From contig OZ316898.1 of NCBI GenBank assembly GCA_973895155.1, positions 9,349,079-9,413,078 on the forward strand: a stretch of 64,000 nt of DNA, in the 5' to 3' direction. The position numbers and the translations under genes were made by a program. Within the stretch, counting starts at the first letter, position 1; every line of letters begins with the position of its first letter. Positions 11,911-22,500 of this stretch are shown piece after piece. A model generated the notes under the pieces. The model worked only from the letters and a program-made list of their open reading frames with translations, was not told the DNA's origin and ran no database searches. The DNA is from Marsupella aquatica (Eukaryota; Plantae; Marchantiophyta).

Positions 11911-13087
11911 CTCTGCCCATTCTAAAAGATCTTGCTCAGTGAAGATAAAGTCACTCTCATTTCTCTCGCATGATCGCAGAAAAACTTTTTCAAACTCCAG
12001 GATTAAAGGACTGCCATTGACTTCTTTCAAATCTAGGTCTATGTCTATCTCTTGGAAACACTTTGGAGTTCTCTGCCTCTTCAGTTCCCATTCCTCAATG
12101 TGATACTTCTTTCCACTAGATAGTACTGAGATAATGATCACAATCTTGATATCACCTCTGGACTGCTCGAGCCACCACTTCGCATCTATTCTCAAATGCT
12201 CTAAAGATTCAGACCACCCTGCTTCAATCATAACAGTAGGCCAAGATTCCCTACCTCTTCGAGCAGGTATAGGTTTGAATGAAGAATCCCCTTCCTGAGA
12301 GGAGCCATCAGCTCCAGTATATGTCGTGGCCTGCGTAGTCTTAAGTTGCCTTGCTAATCCCATAGCAGTACACTTGTCACGCAGGATGAGGGAGAAATTG
12401 GAATGTGATGCTTCGTGAAAACAAGAAGGCATCAATTTAACAATTAAAAGATTTTGATCTGTATAATGTCTAATCCTGACATCCCTACCTATCTGTTTCC
12501 GATTCTGATTTATCTCAGCAAGCTCTGATAAAGTGACTGGCTGGAAAGAAAGATATTGATCCCTTGAAGTACCTCTTTGCAACGAGAGGCACTGGGCTTC
12601 AATAATCTTGGTCATATTCTCCACTCCGTCAAATCTAAGGGGCTCTTTGTGTATGGAACACATGGGTGTCCAAGACGAAGAGGAAGGTTTGGCTACAGAA
12701 ATGGGGTAGCTCTCGTTGGCAGTGTCCAGACCTCCCCACGTTGTGGCCATCTCAACACTACAAAATCAATCAAACAGATTTCACCCACTTATTAAAAAGT
12801 TCAACATTAATACAGAAAGATAATACAAACAAGACAGGCTTGGAGCTTGGTTCAACCTGGGAGAAGCATCAAGAAGTGGAGGCAGAGCTGAAGGCTGGAG
12901 ATCAAGCTTCTTGCGCTTCCCTTCTGTAAATATCGCCAAAGTTGACTTCGTCAAAAACCAACAAAAGAGCTGCATAAGGAAAGAAGAAGCTACATGAGGA
13001 AAGAAATTGGCCATATCCATGCTGGAAGATCAGGACGAGATAGCAGAGGCAAGGGATGGAATTCATCATACCCTTGATACTTTGCAT
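11875..13087 (-). CDS. Fungal-type PD-(D/E)XK restriction-endonuclease-fold protein (Uma2/Crinkler-REase-like). Main exon 12757-11875, probable upstream exons 12923-12857 and 13087-13072
   Basis: The 291-aa ORF carries LIVKLMPS..HE, QEGDSSFKP, WPTVMIEAGWSESL..LRIDAKWWL..S.G.IKIVIII, IEEW and PLILEFEKVFLR, a motif string typical of an ascomycete hypothetical-protein family with the REase fold. Upstream exons splice in frame and add MQSIKEGKRKKLDLQ... Confidence 0.75.
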
Positions 13088-13648
13088 CGACAAACTTTTC
13101 TGTGTGTTAGCAAAAGTTCTGTCTCCTATGGGTCCAAAACCGTCTAGCAATCCATGCAATACTCCTCCCCCACTTCAGCTCGATGCACCGATCCCTGAAC
13201 TCCCAACTTTCAAAGTCCTCGCACAATTTGTGCTACTACTGTCGCAAGAGGTGATCTACGAGGAATTCCACAACTGGGAAAATATAAGTACACATGCGCT
13301 TTCAAAGTTCAGCTTCCTTCAACACATGGGACATACTCAAAACCGCAAAGCACATCATATCCCACCACAGCAAGATCCCACACAACAGTTCCCGCAGCCT
13401 GGCAGTAGTGTTACACATCTCTTTCAGCAAGTCAGCTCCGCATCAAAACGTCCATGCTGTCCATTAAAACCCACACATATGAACAAAACAAAACCCGTTC
13501 GGGCTAGAATGCTGTCACGCAATTAAAAGCTGTTCTAGGGTAAGTCAGTACTGTATTTCGGTGAGTGGTATCTCAGTAGTTGCTGAATCTCCATACTTGA
13601 TAGAAAGTTCATTGGAAGGCGCTTGAAGTGGATCGCTACGTCTGCTCA

Positions 13649-13758
13649 GTCCACCGTAGGCAACAGGGAGAATCTCTGCACTAATGAATCTGCGGTCAAG
13701 GAACCCAAAGATCAGCGTCCACCGTAGGCAACAGGGAGAATCTCTGAACTAATCAATC
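13649..13758. repeat. Short direct duplication (~42 bp, period 68)
   Basis: GTCCACCGTAGGCAACAGGGAGAATCTCTG(C/A)ACTAAT(G/C)AATC at 13649 and 13717. Confidence 0.9.
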
Positions 13759-14839
13759 GCACTAGACTCAAATTGAACCACTCGCGGAAGTTTTCACCAC
13801 ATAATTTAAAAGAATGTGCGAGCTCCCGAAAAGCAGTGAAAGCCAATTAGATAGTGGCGAGTGTGGGAGACAACCTCTGGATGAGGAAGCAACAAGAACA
13901 ACGATCGAGAATAGCATTGTAACTCAGCGGATGGGAACGCAGAGACAGCATCAGCATAGAGACTAAACGAACACAAGCAAGATCCGCTGTTTTTGCACAG
14001 ACAAGTTCGTGAACAGGTGCTCTCTGATGTGGTTTTCTGAGTTGGAGGCGAGCTGAGCGGAGGGCGACGGTTGAAGGGGGGCGAGGGAAGTGCGACGACG
14101 AGTTGTGAGCCAGAGACAGCCTACCGGTAGTGGAGGCCGAGAAGAGGCCGTCGGCCGACCGCTGCAGGGCGAACGGCTCGCGGACGGTACCCGCGACGTA
14201 GCGCGGACTGAGAACGCGCAGCCGGTCAGTGAGCCGAGGTCTACCTAATGTCGTGACTCATGAGTTCCGTGATTCCAGTAATAACGAGATGATCTCGAAG
14301 TAGGTCACAGGATTCCATCGATTGTCTACTCGATTGGTTCCGATAGGCTTCAGAGCCGAGTAACTCTTTGCTCCTTCTCCAGCTCCAGCGAAGATGTAGA
14401 TGTTCGATCTTCTAATGCTTTGCCGGTGTCTAGTGTGCTGCAGTTGGACACATTCAATAATTTCGAGAGCGCCAGAGTTATGGATTTTAAGCTGGCTGGC
14501 AAACAGCTTTATCGTGGAATTGACCTGCTGCTTTGTTCGTGAATAGGATCACTGATTTTCCAAGTCATCGCAAGGTGGGCACTTCTGGTTCAGTTCAGAC
14601 CGTGGCGGCGAGCGGAGCGGGCTCCGAGGGGGTAGGAGGGAGCGTGAGAGGACAGCGGTAACAGTGCGGTCGTCCGGGCCGTTGCTGGCGATCCGGCCGG
14701 GATCTGGCAGGTGTTGGCGATCGCTTTTACTCGAGGACGGATTACCAGGTGAGCGGTCATTCCCCCGAGTCTGGGGTCGCCTGATACGTGGGGAGGTTAC
14801 GTATATAGTGAAGGTCGTCGGGTGTCTCTTTATGAGATA

Positions 14840-16410
14840 TTAGTTCAATACTTGTGCGTTGCACAAAAGAAATCGTGTAGGTCAAGATGTCATTGAGAAA
14901 AAATGATGTAGTGTCAACCAAGAGGTCGTGGAGAAAAAAAATGTAGTGTTGCCTAGGAGGTCGTGGAGAGAAAAGATGTCGTGTTGCCCAAGAGGTTGTG
15001 GAGAGAAAAGATATCGTGTTGCCCAAGAGGTCGTTGAGAGAAACGATGCCATGTCGCGCAAGAGGTCGTTGAGAGTAAAGATGTCGTGTCGCCCAAGAGA
15101 TCATTGAGAGAAAAGTAGTTGTGTTGGTCAAGATGTCGTTGAGAAAAAAAGATGTTGTATTGGCCAAGAGGTCGTTGAAAGAAAAAATGTAGTGTCAACC
15201 AAGAGGTCGTGGAGAAAAAAGATGTCTTGTCACCCAAGATGTCGTTGAGAAAAAATTGTCATGTTGGCGAAGATGTTGTTGAGAAAAAAACGTTGTGTCG
15301 GCCAAGACATCGTTCACGGAAAATACCCGTGCGTTGCACAAAAGATGTTGTTAAGAAATAAGATGTCGTGTTGCCCAAGATGTTGTTAAGTGAAAGATGT
15401 CACAAAGTAAAAAGATGACTTAAAAAAAAGTAGTTTTGCTAAACATGCCATTGTGTGAAAGATGTTATTAAGAAAAATGTGTCATTTTGCCAAAGATATC
15501 ATGAAGTAAAAGATGTTAAAAGAAAAATGGTGTTGTTTCACCCAAGCTATCGTTCTGTGAAAGATGTTATGAAATAAAAAATCAAGGAAACTAGGAAATA
15601 GTGAGTCTTTTTCTTTGTTTTGTTTTTTTACCCAAAATGCCCATGCATTTGAATGGTGACCACTATAAATTGGAGTAACGTTATATTATCGGTTTCAGGT
15701 TCAGTGTTTTAGGGTTTAGCAAAGATGACCATTCTCTCGATATCCTTTCAATCCCCATGCGTTGATAATAGATGTTGTTTGGTTAAAGATGTTGTTGAGA
15801 AATAGATCGTACGTGGTGCAAAAGATAATCGTTGAATAAAAATAATAATTGTTAAAATACATTATTATACAAAAACTTTTGTTGAGTGAAAGATATCATT
15901 GTGCAAAATAGAAATTGGGGTCCATGCAAGATAACTAAAAATTAACTAACTTCCAAAGAGTTAAATCTCCTTTTTAAGAGCAAAAGCCAAAATAATATAA
16001 TGTCAACCTACTCTCTTCCCCTTAGTGCTCGCTCCCTACCAAAACCATTATCTCAAGTAAATCTTTTCACTTTTCATGCCCCATGCCAAATGTACTCTAA
16101 ATTAATAGACCATAAAATAATATACTTACACTTTAATGCTCCATGCCAAAAAGTATTATACACAAGCTACAAAATAACTACAGTAACATATGCAAGTACT
16201 CTATGACATATTATATCTACCTTGTACTATAACTTAGATACCTATCTTGTACTATAACTTACAGTCAATTTTAGGTTCCCATCTCACTCAATCCAAGAGC
16301 CATAAATAATTCTAGAAAATATCCGATGGCTTAGTTTTGTTCCCTCATTTTTCATTTTTGTAACGGGACGAAGGACTAAAACTGGCGGGATTAGTTATTA
16401 TAGTAGTAGA
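14840..16410 (-). mobile_element. Non-autonomous Helitron (1571 bp)
   Basis: The minus strand starts A|TCTACTACTATAAT at 16410. It ends with the hairpin TTGTGC-AAC-GCACAA (14866-14852), then GTATTGAA-CTAA|T at 14840. This gives TC...CTRR termini, an A|T insertion site and no TSD. The interior is AT-rich with no RepHel ORF. Confidence 0.8.
14881..15570. repeat. ~35-bp minisatellite inside the Helitron
   Basis: Consensus about CCCAAGAGGTCGTTGAGAGAAAAGATGTCGTGTTG; roughly a dozen good units, then degenerate units. Confidence 0.9.
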
Positions 16411-17698
16411 TTTTGGTCGACCGTACATGGTCGACCGTATATGGTTGACCCACGTATGTGGGGAGACATATGCGGGAGACCAAATACACGCATAAAGAGG
16501 CGAGCAGGCGCCCTTAGCTTCATGTTAAGGTAGTCTAGGTGGTTCAACACTGATTAATCAACTTTGGGAAGGCATCGTACTACATTCTATCACTGACCCA
16601 TGTAATGGAGATCATATGTCAACCGTATAAAAATATGTCATAGTTTAATGGAAAATAATCAAAGTGAAATATGCTAACATTTCATCAGCCTAAAGCCCCA
16701 AAATACTAAAAACCACCCAAACTACCTTAACGGTTACGGACCTGGATTCAGAACGGAAGTCGAGGCTCCGTACGCAGCTGCCCGCATACAAGACCAGGCG
16801 AGCGTGAAGAGGACAGTACGGTCGTCCGGGCGGTTGCTGGCGATGGCGCTTTCTCGAGGAGGGATTACCAGGTCGGTCATTCCCCCGAGTCTGGGGTCGC
16901 CACGGCTGTCAGTGCGGTCGTCCGGGCCGTTGCTGGCGATTCGGCCGGGATCTGGCAGGTGCTGGCGATCGCGCTTTCTCGAGGAGGGGATTACCAGGTG
17001 AGCAGTAGTCTCGGGTTGCCTGTGCGGAGGTTACGGTTATAGGGTTATAGGGACCTCCTTTAATGGGATATAATGTCGACATGATATGAGGTCAACTAGC
17101 ATAAGCGGTCATACTTTATACACCAGAATCGTTTTATCCCCATTAACGGATTACCCCATACCTTATATGGACATTAAGCACGAAAGATAATCTTGAGGAC
17201 AATCAATGTCCCTAATCCTACTAATTCGGGCAGGGAACCCTTCTAGCAATTTTTGTTGTCACATTGTCCTTTCAGGAACGGCCAAGGTCCTGCACACCAG
17301 GCAAGCAAGTCCCGCTCGCCTTGGCGCCCTCCACCCTACAAATGCCCTCCGCCAGCCCTCTGTTCGCCCTTCACCCGTCTGTCAACCATAGTGGGTCCCA
17401 TACCACCCCTGTCGAGAAGCCATTGCATCAATTCCGTTGCATAAGCCCGTTTCAGAACACCTGTAAACCCACAACCCCATCGGCCGAATCCGCCTGTCAA
17501 TGTATTGAGTATGCGTTCGATACATTCATTCTCTACATCCTATGAGTTAATATAGGCCTGGTATGTTTTCAAAATTGCGCTCAAGTGGCGGGCAAATATA
17601 GATATACAAATCCTAAGAGGTAATATAAACTTGTCTGATACACTTTCAAAATTTCTTTCAAAAAGTAATGGTGTGTCTCTATGGGTGTTTGGGGTTCT

Positions 17699-17880
17699 CC
17701 AGATCTATTCATTTTGGCAGTGCAGGTTGATGGGCAGTTTTCAGATCTATTCATTATGGCTGTGCAGGTTGATGAGCATTTGTCATGGCAGGGAAAGGAA
17801 CGCCACAAAACTAAACAACAACCACCCAACCCTGCACTGGAGTCTGAGACTTGCTTGCACTGGAGTCTGAGACTTGCTTG
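17699..17880. repeat. Two small tandem duplications (~42 bp and 23 bp)
   Basis: CAGATCTATTCATT.TGGC.GTGCAGGTTGATG twice; TGCACTGGAGTCTGAGACTTGCT twice. Confidence 0.85.
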
Positions 17881-18179
17881 GTCCCTTCCTTTCTTTATTT
17901 CTATCCTCCACTTTAATCAATGCCATTCCGGTCTCCAGTTCAGATAATCATATATTGCTTTCGCAATGGAGTCAGAACAGACCAAAACTCACAAGGAGTT
18001 CTTTCCCTTGCTGGTTTTTGCAGTGGTGGTTTTCAAAAATTCATGGTTTTCAAAATTCATCTTGCGCACCATGGCTTCTTGAAAAAAGGTGACTGGGGGG
18101 GGGGGGGGGGGGAAGGGTCCATCAAATTGTCAGCTTTGAGACACCCTACTTGAGCCAATGCTTCACCATACTAGCAGTG

Positions 18180-18572
18180 TGTAGAAGGCTTGGCGATTGA
18201 GTCAGACACTCAGTGACATCATTACTATGAGTGAACAAGAGATGCGGTGACAATGACTCCCTCTAGTTCCATTTTTGGGGAGTCTGACTTGCTGTTTCCT
18301 GGGAGAGCCAACTCCTCTATTGGGAGGTGCTTTGTTTCAGGTCACTAGCCTTATTTAAGGTGATTGGCCCTTGCTCTAGCCTGTCATCTTGGTGTGTGGG
18401 GTGATTGTGTTTGTCTTTGGGTGGTTTTTGCCCCCTTTGAGTGTGGTTCTTGTGTGCTTTGGCCCTTTGGGTTTGTTGCTCTTTGTGCCCCGCTGGTCTT
18501 TGCCGTGGCGGGCGGCCTAAGGAGTAAATGGGCGATCTGCCTCCGCCCTTCATTTATTAAACCAAAAAAAAT
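18180..18572 (+). mobile_element. Possible 3' remnant of a non-LTR retroelement
   Basis: G/T-rich tract ending ...CCTTCATTTATTAAACCAAAAAAAA (A-tail-like). No diagnostic ORF. Confidence 0.3.
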
Positions 18573-19529
18573 AAAATTGACCCATAAACCAGGTTTTTAC
18601 AGATATACAGTGGCACTTTAATTAATTGACGGGGGTTCAAAACTCGACCGAAACGTGGCAAGGCCACACTCCCGGCGAAAGGGTTCGACCCGGGTGAGCG
18701 GCCGGTCTCCATGCTATCGCTCCAATTCTTGCGGCCCTCACTCTCGACATCAACTTAGACTTGCAGACACGTTCGTTTTTTCGACGAAAGCTTCTCCTCT
18801 CCTCTCCTCTCTTCTCGGTGAGTTCTTCGCCCCGTCGTTCGCCATCTCTTCCCTGCGCTTCGCAAGCAAAGAATGTCTCCATGAAACGATAATGCGAACA
18901 TGCTAGAAAGACCTTGTCACGAAAGCTGTCGATTTCTCCCGCACGGTAACGATGATCTACTCCTTTTAAATATCTGAGTTCAGATCCGATCTGGCGAAAC
19001 GAAACCGAAGGAAACGGAAATCGAGACAGAGAGAATGAATTCCTTCGTTCGTTTCGAATGATCAGTACGATTCCTTGGCTATCTAGATTGTGCAGGGCTC
19101 TCAATCTTTTGCGGAGAAGGGAACTTCAAAGCAAGTCCCAATATAGAGATATCAAATTGAGGTTTATAAATTTCGATTCATTGGAATTCGAGGACTTTTG
19201 AATCGTGCTGAAAGCCCTAAACCCTGGTAAAATGGACGTGAGCCCTTGCGTAGGTCATTTCACAGTGATTGCGTGAGGTTCTTTTGTATGCCACATTTCT
19301 CGATTCTGATATGCCCTAGACTTGGGTCATTTCCGAGACTGATCATGGACGTACATTTCCGGTGTGCACATTGTGGAGCAGTGATGCAGTTTGACCAGGT
19401 TGAGGCTATGATCGTGCACGGTGGGCCGAATCCAGGGAGGGCCCTGGCTTGGCAGTTTGACATTTAAAGGCAAGGACCTTCGCTGGAAGGTTTTTCGCTT
19501 TACTGGTGGTGATTCAAGAGAAGACAGCC

Positions 19530-22500
19530 ATGAGTGCTGCAGCTCACCTCTTGAGAAGGCGAAGTTCTTCGTTTTTGCAGCACCGCCTAAAGATACACGC
19601 CCTTTCAATTCCTTTTCTGGTAAGTACATGTTGACTGAGAGATACCTCATTCTGTATTGAAAACAAATATGTGATTTCCAACATTGAAAGTGCTACTTTT
19701 CGAAGTTACCCTTTCGGTTCGTAAGGGACCCCTCAATCCCTCGAGCTCCATCTATAAATGTTACTGGAAGAATATTTGTTACCCCAACAATCAGAAGGTG
19801 CCACATTCTTAAAGAATCATCGAAAGTCAGATTTCGATTAATGCTTTTGACTCACGGTTTTCGTCCAAACGGTGGTGTCAATGGGGATGATGTAGTCACG
19901 CTTGAGGATGGATATCAGAGGTGTTCCATACAATGGAGGAATGGTTTTTGATTTGAGGACTTGTGACTTAAATTGTAGTCAGGCTACTTTCCCTCATACC
20001 ATCCTCATTTTGCAATTTTAGGGCACACCTGTTCAATCACGACATCTATTACGATCTACTGCTGTTCAAGGCCGAAAGTTTAGTGCAACCAGCACAGCTA
20101 AACCGCCAGAAATCTCAGCTGCAGAGAACCGTTCGAATTCGAATAACAGGGCACTGAAAGTCACGACTGCAGGCGCTGCTATACTTCTGCTTTCATCAGG
20201 AGCCTGGTACATAACAAGGGATGAGTACCCGCAGGTGCAACATATTGGATTACCGCAAATTTTCCATGGGCGCTACCAGGAGGAGAAAGCGCCCATGCAG
20301 ATTGATGAGAAGTCAATAACTTTTGTTCAGAGTAGTGACGTTCAAGAAGAGAGAGCTACACAGGAAGCGATTGAGAATACCGGGGAGGCCCTTTCTCATG
20401 AGGGAGAGCAAACCCACGAGGGGCAGTCGCTCTATGAGGTAGCTGAAGATAGGACAGCTGTTAAAGAAGGAGTGGAAACTTTCGAGGGGCAGATCGAGAA
20501 GTCTTCCCCAGAGCCACCAGTTGGTAGCAATGAGATTCCTGCTATCGTTGGGTATGACCCTCTGCACCAAGAGACGCAAAACGAAGAAACTCGTCCTCCC
20601 AAGGAATCAAGCTTAGAAACTTCTGTCCCCTCAGAGGAAACCCAACCGGAGCAGACACAACCTCCAGAAGTTGAATTGGAAGAGCAGAGCGCCGTGGAGA
20701 CTCTGGTAGAGGTTATCAAGGATAAGGTTTCTGCTGTTAAGGAATATGCGTTTGGCGAAACCAACGATATCAGCAAAGAAGGCAACGAAGCAACAGATAC
20801 AGTCAAGGAAGAGATCATCTTAATACGAGAGAAGCTCAGAGAAGAAAATCCCGAAATGTTCTATTTGGATACTGATGATGGAGATGATACTCAAAAGGAT
20901 GGTGTAGAGCACGAAGAAGAGCTGGCATTACTGCAGGTAGTACTTAAAGACTTTTGTTCATTTTTCACGTATTGTATTTCAGGCTTTTGTGTGCTAGATT
21001 GTCTGATTGTTGCGGGACGATCTATGGACGATGGGAAGGGTACATATCATGTCTCCCTGTTGCGAGAGCATTCACTTGTAAGAACTTTGAATTGAGAGCA
21101 CGTCAGTGGTACATTTCAAGATTGTCTCACAGCGATCCTTTGACCTCTCCGGAAACTCGCCAACACTTCCAGCGCAAGGCGGCACCTCTGAAATCATATC
21201 GTTCTGATGGTTTACAGATATTGGAAAGTGGGAGTCGTGAATACAATGTCCCTAGCAGACTGTCTGCTTCTTATCTTATACAAAAAGGGCATGAAGACAG
21301 TGTGAGAAGATATTCAGAAAAGGAAAAGGAAGGAGAGGTCCAAGGTTTTGTAGAAATTGCTGCACCAAGTAGAGAGGTTATTATCCAGCTTGAACCCCAC
21401 ATCTATGGAAATTGCCGTATCTTTTATGCAGTCTGTGGTGCTCCTCCTGCCACTTGCCAAATTCTGTTCCATTTAATTTAGTTGATTTTAAACTCCTTCC
21501 GAATCTATTTCTTCTTTTAAAAGCATAAAGAGGAAGTTGGTCTTTCCCACGTTTTTATATACTATTTGTATATATATCGATGCTCAAACAACGTAAGTCA
21601 GTCCAGGACCTGCACTTTCATCCGAACTAAGGTTATCTGTAGTATGAATATGCTCCTTGAAATATCTCCCAGGTTCTAGAAACTTGCCTGGAACTTTACA
21701 CAGCATTTTGTTGAAGTATCCGACATAATCAGCATTCTGCACGCTGGCCTTTAGACTCATAATGATGTTGCAATGTGGATTGTTCTCACAGTTTGTCGGC
21801 TTCACTGTTTGCTATTCATCCTCTAACGCATATAACAGGTGGGAGACCGGAGCTCGTTTCTATAACTAGTTTCCACTAATGTCAATTCTTATTGGACAGG
21901 AGAAATCGAGGGAGGAGAATGTGCAGGTAGAAACAAATGTGACTGAAGAAGAGTCGAAGGTAGTTGGGGTTGATGTGCTTGTTGGAGCCATACATACTGC
22001 AGAGCAATTGCAAGCTGAAGTAGACGGTCGTACATATCAAGAACAGCTTCGCAAAATAGAGGTAAGCGAGGTTGGATACTCCTTCAACTGCGGAGTGGAA
22101 TTCCTTGAATTATTGGAGTCTAATCTGTTTTTGCCGAGTTATTCTTCACAGCAAATTTGGGTAACAGCGGCCGATAAATTCTGCATCGTGAAGCTTTCAG
22201 GTCTCACATTTACTGATGTACTCGTTAGGGACCCATATTCTCATCTAGTTTCTTGTTCTGTCGTTTGTAGGAGGCTCACAAGCGTGAACTACAAGATCAT
22301 CAAGCTAAGATATTTGCTTATGCTGAAGGCACAGATCAGCTTGAGAAGGTATTCTTGGGTCCTTAAGCAGCATGGTTTCCCCACACATCACAAAATTCTG
22401 TCCATATTCACAGGAGCCTTTATTCGAAAGACGCCTGGTCCAATCTCTAAAATGCCATTCTACATAATTCATTAGATTTGGATGCATCTTGGACTGGCTT

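Larger units (their letters stand above)
14586..17090. repeat. Degenerate duplication of a GC-rich module (copies near 14640-14810, 16800-16900 and 16910-17040), interrupted by the Helitron
   Basis: Shared blocks CGGTCGTCCGGGC(C/G)GTTGCTGGCGAT and CTCGAGGA..GGATTACCAGGT in all three copies; CATTCCCCCGAGTCTGGGGTCGCC and GGAGGTTACG each in two of them. Confidence 0.85.

Noticed and set aside
14757-15237. Minus-strand ORFs of 136 and 94 aa
   Set aside because: They are translations of the minisatellite, whose period is not a multiple of 3.
14881-15570. 35-bp repeat array as a CRISPR array
   Set aside because: Units are head-to-tail with no unique spacers and are degenerate. There are no cas genes, and the array lies inside a Helitron in a plant genome.
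18095-18112. Poly-G tract as a functional G-quadruplex
   Set aside because: Simple homopolymer with no supporting context.
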